Below, piece by piece: positions 12,745 to 22,967 of a DNA stretch of 64,000 nt. The DNA comes from Lingula anatina. Taxonomy: Eukaryota > Animalia > Brachiopoda. Below the pieces are notes generated by a model. That model did not search any database, had not been told where the DNA came from, and saw nothing but the letters and a program-made list of their open reading frames with translations. Position 1 is the stretch's first letter. Every line of letters starts with the position of its first letter. The stretch covers positions 3,782,001 through 3,846,000 of the forward strand of contig CM120643.1 of the NCBI GenBank assembly GCA_051362555.1, given 5' to 3'. A program made the position numbers and the translations under genes.

Positions 12745-12990
12745 CCCCCCCCAAATTCCAATTTGATTAGTCTTTGCGCCGCTAAAATATGTCTGTCATT
12801 CAGCCATCCATTTCCTAACAGTGTATTTATGTCCCCTTTGGTTAGCCTGACACCTCTAACAGTGAGATTTTCATCTTCATTTTGTGTCCTATCATTGTCT
12901 ATAGCTGATATGGGATGGTTGCAATACCCTGAAAGGGATTTCAGCTGGTACTCAACCACACCCTCACTCTCACAGTTGGTACATATATTT
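12745..12990 (-). mobile_element. Third Ulp1-like fragment (N-terminal part of the protease domain)
   Basis: LTKGDINTLLGNGWLNDRHILAAQRLIK (WLND motif). Confidence 0.6.
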
Positions 12991-14059
12991 TCTGTTATCT
13001 GAGATTGCAATATAAAATCAAATGATAAGTAGGTGTAGGATGTTAGCCTTTTACAATATGGGTTATATATGTATATATTTATATATAACATCAGCAGGCA
13101 AGATTATGTCCCTTCTCTAAAAGGATTTTAGAGAAAATTTTTACTCTAAAATCTGTCTTTAGTCAGGTTAGAAAAAGTAATCATTATAAATATATTTTTT
13201 TTATTCAAAAAGGGTATTTCAGCCATACTATGGCAACATTAGATAAACATTTGGAGATGATAGATATGTAGTTCACATTTTAAATTGCAAAGTACAGATT
13301 CATTGCTCAAGACAATTCTTCAATTATAAGATGAAAATTTCAGTCTAACCTATATCCAGAAAAATGCACAATCTGGTGACGACACATATTAAAATGAATG
13401 CTTCTTAATGTATATTTGCCAATTCAGGATACATGTATCTAATTAAATCTACATTTGTCCTTTTATACAAATAATATTAATACAAATTATTTAAACATTA
13501 CCGTTATAAGTTGCTATACCTGATAAACATCTTTTATGTGTCTTTGGCTCACCCTTGGTAACTGTAGGTGGCAAAGGAAGAACAGGAGAAGGGCAACAAG
13601 ATATACTGGTAGAACGGTAATCCTCTCTTGGGCTAGTAATGTCTGTTGGTAGCTCTAAATCAGGAAATCTATTTTCAGTTTTATTACCCAATATTAAACT
13701 ATTCAGTTCTGTTTCATGTGCTAGTAATGTGCATACTTTGGTGTTGTTGTTGTTATTATTATTATAATTATTAAAAGCAGCACAGATTATGCAAAAATAC
13801 TACGGAGCAACTAAAATCTAGAGTACTAAAACCATCATCATCTATGTTCTCTTTGTTTTGGGAAGGTCTACATGGCTTGATCCTAATTAATTGTCCTGAT
13901 TATATGTCTTTTCTAGTCATATATTTTCTCTACTGACATCTGTAATGTTTGTTCTACAAACCCATCACCATCTCCACATTCCATCAGTTGAAGGATTGTA
14001 TTTTGTAGGAGTAAACTGTGGATACTGTGTTGTGAAGGTGAAAATATTCTGCACAGAAA

Positions 14060-14420
14060 ACTGAGGAGCCCTGTGATACAGTGGTCAGGGCATGTGTCTT
14101 CTCTCTTCAGGCTCACTTTTTATTCTGTGTCTTCAGATAATGCAGACTTGTTGATAAATCATTCTTCAACCTTTGACATTGATTAGCAGAAATGAACCCT
14201 TTGATCTGCCAAAAATCACACTGTTCTCTGAAAGCCCTTAAGCCTTTTGCGCCATCTGCTGCAATGTTAGCACAGCTCTATGCCTTTCTGGCATATTTCT
14301 GTGGATCCAGGGTTCTCCTATCATCTGCAAACCATTTTCCACAGGCAGAATCTGGCACAAACTAGTCCAATTTTATTTTACTTAATTGTCATGTGATTTG
14401 TTAAAGAAGGTGGTGTAAGT
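14060..14420 (-). mobile_element. Unclassified decayed transposase-like coding fragment
   Basis: NIAADGAKGLRAF...LHYLKTEYK...TCPDHC across stops and frameshifts. It resembles repetitive uncharacterised proteins of marine invertebrates. Confidence 0.35.
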
Positions 14421-15099
14421 GAGGCTCTCCAATCCGTTTTTACACGTTTCATTAGAGAAAAGCCCCTTTCTGCATTGGCACTGCTGACTGGAAGGACCAT
14501 CACAATGGCCAAGAGAGCACAAATATTGGTTATTTGTCTTTATGTACTGTCAGCATACTACTTAAAAAGGCAACAAGCTTACTATGTCCTGCCCCTTTTC
14601 ATGAAACTCCAGCACAGATTTTTTCAACATAATTTCTTAGCAATTAGAAGTGGGTATTGACATATTTTCACGTTTTAGTTTGACGTAAAATTTATGAATG
14701 GATGCATATATGGTGATATTGAAATGTTGTAATAGAAATAACTTGTTCAAGATTATAGAGATATGATAAGGTTTATTTGGGTGCAAAGCTGAGGGACTGT
14801 GGAAGTATTGTATTCACACGTACTTGAATGAAGTCAAAAGTAAAAGATGTGCTGGCATGCATTAGGTGTGTGAAAGTTATCTTCCAGAGTTTCTCAAAGG
14901 AAAGTAAAAGAGATAAACGTGACTGTTGAGGATATTTTGAAGATTAAAAAACAACAAGAGTGGAAATCAATAAATAATTTTAATATGACGAAAAAAACTG
15001 TACAGAAAATGTTGAATAAAATAGACAAAAAACTCCGAAAAATTGATATCGTTAAGTCACTGAAGTAGACGAGGTACTGCTAAGCCGTGAAATGGTAGA

Positions 15100-15770
15100 C
15101 CGTGCTGCTACTGAAACGAATAGCTGTAGAGCCGTTGGTCGATAGATCGTGCTGTGGGCCGCTGAGACGAGTAGCTGCAGAGCCGTGGGTCGGTAGATCG
15201 TGCCATGGGCCGCTAAGACTAGTAGCTGCAGAGCCGTGGGTCGGTAGATCGTGCCATGGGCCGCTGAGACGAGTAGCTGCAGAGCCATGGGTCGGTAGAT
15301 CGTGCAGTGGGCCACTGAGACGAGTAGCTGCAGAGCCGTGGGTCGGTAGATGTCGTCCCGTGCCGTGGGTCGGTAGATGTCGTGCCGTGCCGTGGGCCGC
15401 TAAGACTAGTAGCTGCAGAGCCGTGGGTCGGTAGATTGTGCCATGGGCCGCTGAGACGAGTAGCTGCAGAGCTGTGGGTCGGTAGATCGTGCCGTGGGCC
15501 GCTGAGAGGAGCAGCTGCAGAGCCGTAGCTCGGTAGATCGTGCCATGGGCAGCTGAGACGAGTAGCTGCAGAGCCGTGGGTAGGTAGATCATGCCGTGGG
15601 CTGCTGAGACGAGTAGCTACAGAGCCGTGAATCGGTAGATCGTCCCGCTGAGACGAGTAGCTGCAGAGCTGTGGGTCGGTAGATCGTGCCGTGGGTCGCT
15701 GAGACGAGTAGCTACAGAGCCGTGAATCGGTAGATCATGCCGTGTGCCGCTGAGACGAGGTGGGCCGCTG
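15100..15770. repeat. GC-rich 51-bp minisatellite, about 12-13 imperfect copies
   Basis: Unit GCTGAGACGAGTAGCTGCAGAGCCGTGGGTCGGTAGATCGTGCCATGGGCC at 15161 and 15212. Confidence 0.9.
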
Positions 15771-16065
15771 CTGTAGAAGAATAGACTGAGCAGTAAAACT
15801 GCCCAGCTTATATACATGCTGCAGGTAAAAATCGTTCTGCTTCGAAAGAGTTAAAAAACGGGAGGGGGGTAGGGTAAACCGTCGCTGACACGTGACAAAA
15901 TGTTATTTTGGCTAGTAATCTATAATAAATATCTGATTCAAATTGAATAAAGTAACTTTTCTGATTTTGGAACCGAGACGGCAGTTCTGTTGTTTCTGAC
16001 ACCGACATCGCCCACTGATAGAGACTGTTTATTATGAATTAACACAAAAATTAACAGTCAGTTAC

Positions 16066-16284
16066 CTCCACATCTCTGCTGCCATTGATGTGACAGACCA
16101 GTCTTTCTTCAAATGAATTAAAACTGATGCGGTATTTAAATTCTACACAGTTGCCAACTTTTACAGGTGAACTGGAGTCATCACGCCAGAGACTGACAGG
16201 TATGGTGTCTGTGGTATCTGGAACCAAAATACTTCTCAGTTTTGCTGGCTTTCCTTTCACCATTAAATCCTTGGTACTTTCTTC
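16066..16284 (-). CDS. Isolated phase 0-0 exon encoding an OB-fold-like (RPA-type) segment
   Basis: Polypyrimidine-CAG acceptor and GTAAC donor enclose 219 open nt: KDLMVKGKPAKLRSILVPDTTDTIPVSLWRD...VKVGNCVEF. Confidence 0.5.
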
Positions 16285-16599
16285 CTGTGAAAAGTTGAGA
16301 AAAGAGTTCAACAAAAGAAGCTAACAATAAATAAAATATTAGCCTGCAATACTATGCAATGGTTTTGGAATGTTATTGCAAAATAGTTATTTGTGGTACC
16401 TCTTGAAGATCCAGTGATAATCCTATACAGACTTATGCTAAGCACAAATATCCCAATGTGACATGATGCTGATGAAATACCTTCAGTGACAAACTTAGTT
16501 AAGATCAAAACTTAAGTTTAACAATGCATTAAAAGTACAATATCTCTCACCATACAGGGCTCTGTAATAACTTTTTCAGCCATGTGCCCAGCTTCTAGA

Positions 16600-17460
16600 A
16601 GAGTCACCCGTCACAATCATCGTTGACATGATGGCGTCTCTGGCCTCCATGCAGCCACCTGTCATACAGCTTATCTGCATCAAATGCCTCATATGATTCA
16701 CCCTCAGTGGAAATGAGAAGAAGGTTATCTAACAGGCTGGGCCTAGTTTCATAAAGGACATTGTGTTTCCTAGATCGCATTCACAACGAGTTGAGCCAGG
16801 CTTTACAAATCCTGGGGACTAAATATGGCAGACGTACATGAAAGAAAAACCGCCTAATCTTTTAATAGTCTCTCCGCCTCTCACACACCTCCCCTGCAGG
16901 GGGACAGTCATTAAATATCGGCTCTATTGGAACGACACATGGGGAGGCGTGTGGTTTTTCTTTCATGTACGTCTGCCATATTTAGTCCCCAGGATTTGTA
17001 AAGCCTGGCTCAACTAGTTGTGAATGCGATCCTAAACTGTTTAAACAGCCGATAAGTTAACTGGCCAGTGTATAGCTGCATAAAATATTTAAAGGTCAGT
17101 TAACTAACCAGCTGTTTAAACACTGTTTATGTTTAAAATTGTGTTTCATAGGAGAATTTATCCACTGGTTAGGCTTATACACTGGTTAGTGCTAAACGTC
17201 CTTTATGAAACTGTTTTCATTCTCTTCACTTCACTGAATCCACATTCACAGACTGCTGAAGACATGGCAGTCACTAAAAAAATTTCTAATACCATACTGA
17301 TGTTACTGAATCTTCTCTGTAATTCTTTATCTGTAAACAACATGGCCCATGTATCCTGGATGTGTGCAGCATTACGTCTACCCTCACATTTACTCTGTTC
17401 ATTACCAAAGCTTTAAGTGCTGGCCTCTTGGGTTCTGGTCATACCCAAGTCTCTGCAGCA
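16600..17460 (-). mobile_element. hAT (ZNF862-like) transposase dimerisation-domain fragment interrupted by nested MITEs
   Basis: FSNISMVLEIFLVTAMSSAVCECGFSEVKRMK (about 17330-17213) continues beyond the insertion as LDNLLLISTEG...FDADKLYDRW (about 16730-16640). Confidence 0.75.
16740..17213. mobile_element. Harbinger-like MITE carrying a nested long-TIR MITE (16773-17031)
   Basis: Outer TIRs AGTTTCATAAAGGAC / GTCCTTTATGAAACT. Inner near-perfect inverted arms of about 78 bp, GATCGCATTCACAAC... / ...GTTGTGAATGCGATC. Confidence 0.75.
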
Positions 17461-17839
17461 ACTCATTAAAATAAGCCATTATAATTTGGAGATCAGCATT
17501 CCTGTGTACAGCCAATTGACCTATTTATGGAGATTTCACGATTTTATGAAATTAAATATCCATTCTTTTACTTTATTTTGACACTTGCCCGACATCAATG
17601 TCTACTTGCTCCAGGCAATCAGGAAATCCTTATTGTTGAGCCCTGGACAGTTACATAGATAAGCATTCTTGGGCAGGGTAATGTAGTACAGGTTGCTGGT
17701 TAATATGAAAACACTAACATGCTGTGATGTTTCCAGTACTACAGCTAAATGAAGTTAATTATGTGCTCGGTGAGGCATGGCAAGAAACACATGCTGATGG
17801 TCACATTTAATACCACGGTCCGTTAACATGTGATAGCTG

Positions 17840-18660
17840 ATACAAGAAGGCGCACATCTTGGTGGTGAGAGCTTTATCAAAGTGTTTTACTCTATTCTAA
17901 CACAGGTGATGTTTTACAGTAGGTTTATTCACAAAAGCGTTGTAGTCGAAGGCCATTAATAGCTTCACCTTCCTCGCCACCATATAAAGACACTAGTGCC
18001 TTTTCACAACCTCAATAATCCTTTCTTGACATGAATTGTCACTGGCAAATGTGATTGCCTGCTGTTTGAAAAAAGGACTTCTTATGCCCATTAGAGATAC
18101 CCGTTTTCCTATCCCAAAGGGAAATGATGTTGTGTCACATCCTAAGATGGAATGGATGAAGAGAATACTGTTGCATACATCACTTCCTAACTTGGCCCTT
18201 CTTGTTCTAATGTTCCAGCATTTTGATGGTCCTTTGGCATTGCTCTTTTGTTGGGGTTTTAAAAAAATTGGTAAACTTTGTCCTTGGCATGATACAGTAG
18301 GACTAGGAGCACCAGAAGATCAGTGTCATCACCCGCAAGGATAGTATTATATCATGTTTGTCTGAAGAGGCAACTGCAGCTTTGGCAATATGGAGGTCTG
18401 CATTGCCTGAAGCTTGGTTTACTTGAACTCCAACACTTTCCAACTTGTCACCAAGGAAATTAATGAACCTCTGTTTGTTTTCTTTGTTGGCAAGAAATTC
18501 TTCCTTTCTACTTTGCAGCTTCATCTCACCAGTGAACATGACAGCTGTGCTCATACTGTTGGACCTTCTTAGTTGTGTAGAATCCTTAGTAGAGGGGCCA
18601 TGAAGATAACCATCAAACACCACTACATCTTTATTACTAGGACATATGTGACATACTGGT
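17840..18660 (-). mobile_element. Academ-like transposon XPG/PIN-type domain fragment, decayed
   Basis: VVFDGYLHGPSTKDSTQLRR...FLANKENKQRFI...ADLHI...DDTDLLVLL...HSILGCDTTSFPFGIGK. Confidence 0.7.
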
Positions 18661-19770
18661 GTACAAATAACCATCAAACACCACTACATCTTTATTACTA
18701 GGACATATGTGACATACTGGTGTGCAAATAACCATCAAACACCACTACATCTTTATTACTAGGACATATGTGACATACTGGTGTACAAATAACCATCAAA
18801 CACCACTACATCTTTATTACTAGGACATATGTGACATACTGGTGTGCAAATAACCATCAAACACCACTAGTTTTATTACTAGGACATATGTGACATACTG
18901 GTGTACAAATAACCATCAAACACCACTACATCTTTATTACTAGGACATATGGGACATACTGGTGTACAAATAACCATCAAACACCACTACATCTTTATTA
19001 CTAGGACATATGTGACATACTGGTGTACTAATAACCATCAAACACCACTACATCTTTATTACTAGGACATATGTGACATACTGGTGTACTAATAACCATC
19101 AAACACCACTACATCTTTATTACTAGGACATATGTGACATACTGGTGTACAAATAACCATCAAACACCACTACAGTTTTATTACTAGGACATATGTGACA
19201 TACTGGTGTACAAATAACCATCAAACACCACTACAGTTTTATTACTAGGACATATGTGACATACTGGTGTACTAATAACCATCAAACACCACTACAGCTT
19301 TATTACTAGGACATATGTGACATACTGGTGTACTAATAACCATCAAACACCACTACAGTTTTATTACTAGGACATATGTGACATACTGGTGTACAAATAA
19401 CCATCAAACACCACTACAGTTTTATTACTAGGACATATGTGACATACTGGTGTACTAATAACCATCAAACACCACTACATCTTTATTACTAGGACATATG
19501 TGACATACTGGTGTACAAATAACCATCAAACACCACTACATCTTTATTACTAGGACATATGTGACATACTGGTGTACAAATAACCATCAAACACCACTAC
19601 AGTTTTATTACTAGGACATATGTGACATACTGGTGTACAAATAACCATCAAACACCACTACAGCTTTATTACTAGGACATATGTGACATACTGGTGTACA
19701 AATAACCATCAAACACCACTACAGCTTTATTACTAGGACATATGTGACATACTGGTGTACAAATAACCAT
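18607..19770. repeat. 61-bp minisatellite, about 19 copies, derived from the Academ-like coding sequence
   Basis: Unit TAACCATCAAACACCACTACATCTTTATTACTAGGACATATGTGACATACTGGTGTACAAA at 18607, 18668 and onward. The first unit encodes VVVFDGY on the minus strand. Confidence 0.95.
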
Positions 19771-21252
19771 ATTTCAGCTGATTGAAAGTCAACTGCAGCT
19801 GGTTTGTCTTTGTGGCTTTGATAAACAATGGCTACCAGATAATTACGAGGCCTGTATGCTGGGGACTTATGAGAATTCCTTTTAGAACAGTGCATTAAGA
19901 TATGAGATGAGAGTTGATATATTGTTTCTTATGTGTCTGAAAGAAAAAATAAGTTTTGAAGTCATCCATTTCCCCCCCCCCCTCCTTTTTTTATTATTTT
20001 TTCCTCCCTGACATCAGGAGATAGGGTCCATGTTCCTGTAGCTATCTACAGACATCCACTGGTATTCATTCTGAACATGGTGCGTGCCCAAAAAATTTTA
20101 AAAAAACACATAATTTATTTATTTATTTTATTTATTTTTTTGCATGTATTTTGGTGACTGTCTTACCATAAATACCAAACCATGTTTTTGTTTTAAATCA
20201 AATTTGCACAGAAGCTTTGTTTAGTAAAAAAAGGCTGCTTGAATGAAAAATTAGCAGGATTTGATTATTTTTACCAATACTTAATATGTACAGTTTTATA
20301 AGTATTGAAAGAAGCTATTATATAACTTATGGTTAAGCTGGTGAAGTTGATAAAACCCATAGGCCTTGGCCCATATTTGTATATATTTGGTGCAGAAAAA
20401 ATCTATTAAACTCTTTTGTTGCAACATGTTTTGTGTCTGTATATTTTGCCAGCTTTGCTGTCTAGTCTTATGTTAGTGCTCATCTTATGGTTTGCCCAAA
20501 GATAATTAAGTATAAAAGATGTCTGCAGCACTTTTATATTAGTAATATGCAGAGAATTGTTTTAAAATAAAGATTTTAGCAACTTTTTTGCAATAAGTAT
20601 ATAGAAGCTTTTATACTAATATGTACAGTACACTACTGTTGTGATCTCATTGTAGTCTTAATGTAAAAGATGATTTATAATTATTGTTTTTGTTGCTTAC
20701 TTTGTAATATTGTAACTTTTGTTAATTTTTTACATGAAATCGAATCAAAAGACAAGGCATTTTCTTATCTTAGATATCCAAAGTTATTTATTGGGTTAGC
20801 TTGCCTAAAGTAGTGCTAATGAACTAATAGTGGATAAAGCAAGTCAGAATGATGACTGAATCATCACATTGTTAATGCCTGTAATAAGTACTGGTACCTA
20901 GTAAATTCCCACCTGGTAATTCTGGAGCTGTTTGTAATCAAAGAATGTTTATTTATTTAATAAACCTCATTAGTGCAGAATTTTATTTAAGAGAAACTGG
21001 GTTGAACTTGTAGAGAGGCATAGATAAAGAGAAGGGAGAAAGAGAAATTAAGTAGTAAGAAAATTTCAGACTCCTATAACTGTTGTTATATTTTCTCTCT
21101 CATGCCTCATTGGCTACATTCAGAACAGTGGACTAATGGATCCCCAGATTAAATATGGCCACCTTCTAAAGAGCTTATCACTTAAAATTAAAATTCCTGA
21201 TAAGACACAAAATAGATTATGATGTGACTATTTTATTCATCAGTGCATAAGA

Positions 21253-21474
21253 GATCATAGTTGTATATGTGTCTGTAGTCTCATATGGAAATCACTGAAC
21301 ACACTGTGGACATGATATACAGTGATGATCATAGTTATATATGTGTCTGTAGTCTCATATGGAAATCACTGAACACAATGTGGACATGATATACAGTGAT
21401 GATCATAGTTATATATGTGTCTGTAGTCTCATATGGAAATCACTGAACACACTGTGGACATGATATACAGTGAT
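21253..21474. repeat. 74-bp tandem triplication
   Basis: GATCATAGTT...ATACAGTGAT at 21253, 21327 and 21401. Confidence 0.9.
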
Positions 21475-21546
21475 AAGAGAATGGACATGTTAAAAGCAGC
21501 AAACTACAGTCTCTTTGCAGTAAATTTCAGGCTTTTGTTTCCTTAA

Positions 21547-21728
21547 AGGGATAATAACTCTTCGTATGAGATCTATATTTCACAATAAAAACATTGTGAA
21601 TAACTCATAGAAATATAATATATTCTGTTTAATGACAAAAACAGCAGTTATAGCTATTATTCGGATAGAAGCTTGTCTTCATATCACGTGACCTCCATTG
21701 ATGGCTATACTCTGTTATAATCTCTTAA
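21547..21728 (+). mobile_element. 5' half copy of the Kolobok-like MITE
   Basis: TTAA|AGGGATAATAACTCTTCGTATGAG matches 7774 onward and stops at the internal CTCTTAAG. Confidence 0.8.
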
Positions 21729-22432
21729 GTCATTATTTATCATACTTATATTATTTTAGGTAATTATATGATTTCATCAACTTTATTCATAACTTTCAAT
21801 TTAAATGCACTTCTTGAAAATGTATTTGACCTTTGTTTTTCTGAGAATTATCATTTCAACATTATAAATGTACCAACCAACTTTTAATTACAAATAAATA
21901 TTGAAAATTATTATTTATTGTTGTTGTTTTATTTACATGACTGTGTAAGAATATTGAGGTCTAAGAACTCAGTCCCAATAAAAATAAGAGTGCATTCAGT
22001 GCTTTATCTGTCTAGGTAGATCAATTCAGGGGGACTATTGCTGAATACAATCAGATTAAGAGATTAGCATACCACCCCCTAGCTTTGAGTAGAAAATGGA
22101 AAACAAGCATGTTATAAACAAAAGGAGGCAAGCCAATCCAATTGCATTCAGCAAGAGTCCCTGTGGAGTTGGATCGATTTACATAGACCAATAGTGTCAT
22201 TGTGAATGAGTCCTAAATTGAGGCACTAGTAGATATGTCAGTGGCAATACTAAGATGAATAAATATAAAATGATAAGAAGAAAGTGTAGTGATAGTTTCT
22301 AATATGATTCTTTTACTTCCAAAAGTGTTTTATGCGGTTCAAAGTGATAACATTGGTAAAATTAAAGAATCGGGGACCACTGAAAGACAAAGTATATTGC
22401 AAACTTTTTGAGAGGTAAAAAACTAGGCCATG

Positions 22433-22591
22433 CAGGCCCGTAGCCAGGGGGGGTTCGAAAGAACCGCCCCTTTTGCTGGGAAAAGGTCCACTCTGGGTAA
22501 GATTTGATCTAGGTAAATGAAGTTTTTATGGGAAAAGGTCCACTTTTTCAGAAAAAGAACCCCCCTTTTGAAATTGCTGGCTACGGGCCTG
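22433..22591. mobile_element. CAGG-terminal MITE with an imperfect 5-bp TSD (hAT5-like)
   Basis: ccatg|CAGGCCCGTAGCCAG...CTGGCTACGGGCCTG|ccatt. Confidence 0.75.
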
Positions 22592-22638
22592 CCATTGTCT
22601 CCCATTTCTCCCTGCAGAATCTTACAGATATCAAGTCA

Positions 22639-22967
22639 GCGACGTTGTATATGTGCGCACGCATGTTATTACGTCGCTCATTCTTCTTTGTTACGTTAAA
22701 ATGATACATACGTTACCATAAAGCGTGTAAATATTTTTTATTCTATTTTCATTGGTTGTCACTCCTTTTGTGCGCCAACACTATTTTAATGAAACACAAA
22801 TAAAAGACATAAGTGTTGGCCCACAAAGCGAAAGAAAACCAATGAAAATAGAATAAATATTTACACGCTTCATGGTAACGTATGTATCGGTAACGTATGT
22901 ATCATTTTAGCGTAACAAAGAAGAATAAGCGACGTAAAAACAAGCTTGCGCACATATACAACGTCGC
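22639..22967. repeat. Long imperfect palindrome (foldback), arms about 145-155 bp
   Basis: GCGACGTTGTATATGTGCGC...CCAACACT and AGTGTTGG...GCGCACATATACAACGTCGC, separated by a spacer of about 28 nt. Confidence 0.85.

Noticed and set aside
15052-15592. Repetitive ORFs on both strands
   Set aside because: Explained by the 51-bp unit; frames shift at irregular units and there is no gene structure.
18607-19770. Regular array superficially like a CRISPR array
   Set aside because: The units are contiguous with no unique spacers, there are no cas genes, and the context is eukaryotic. The same applies to 49285-49905 and 53460-53948.
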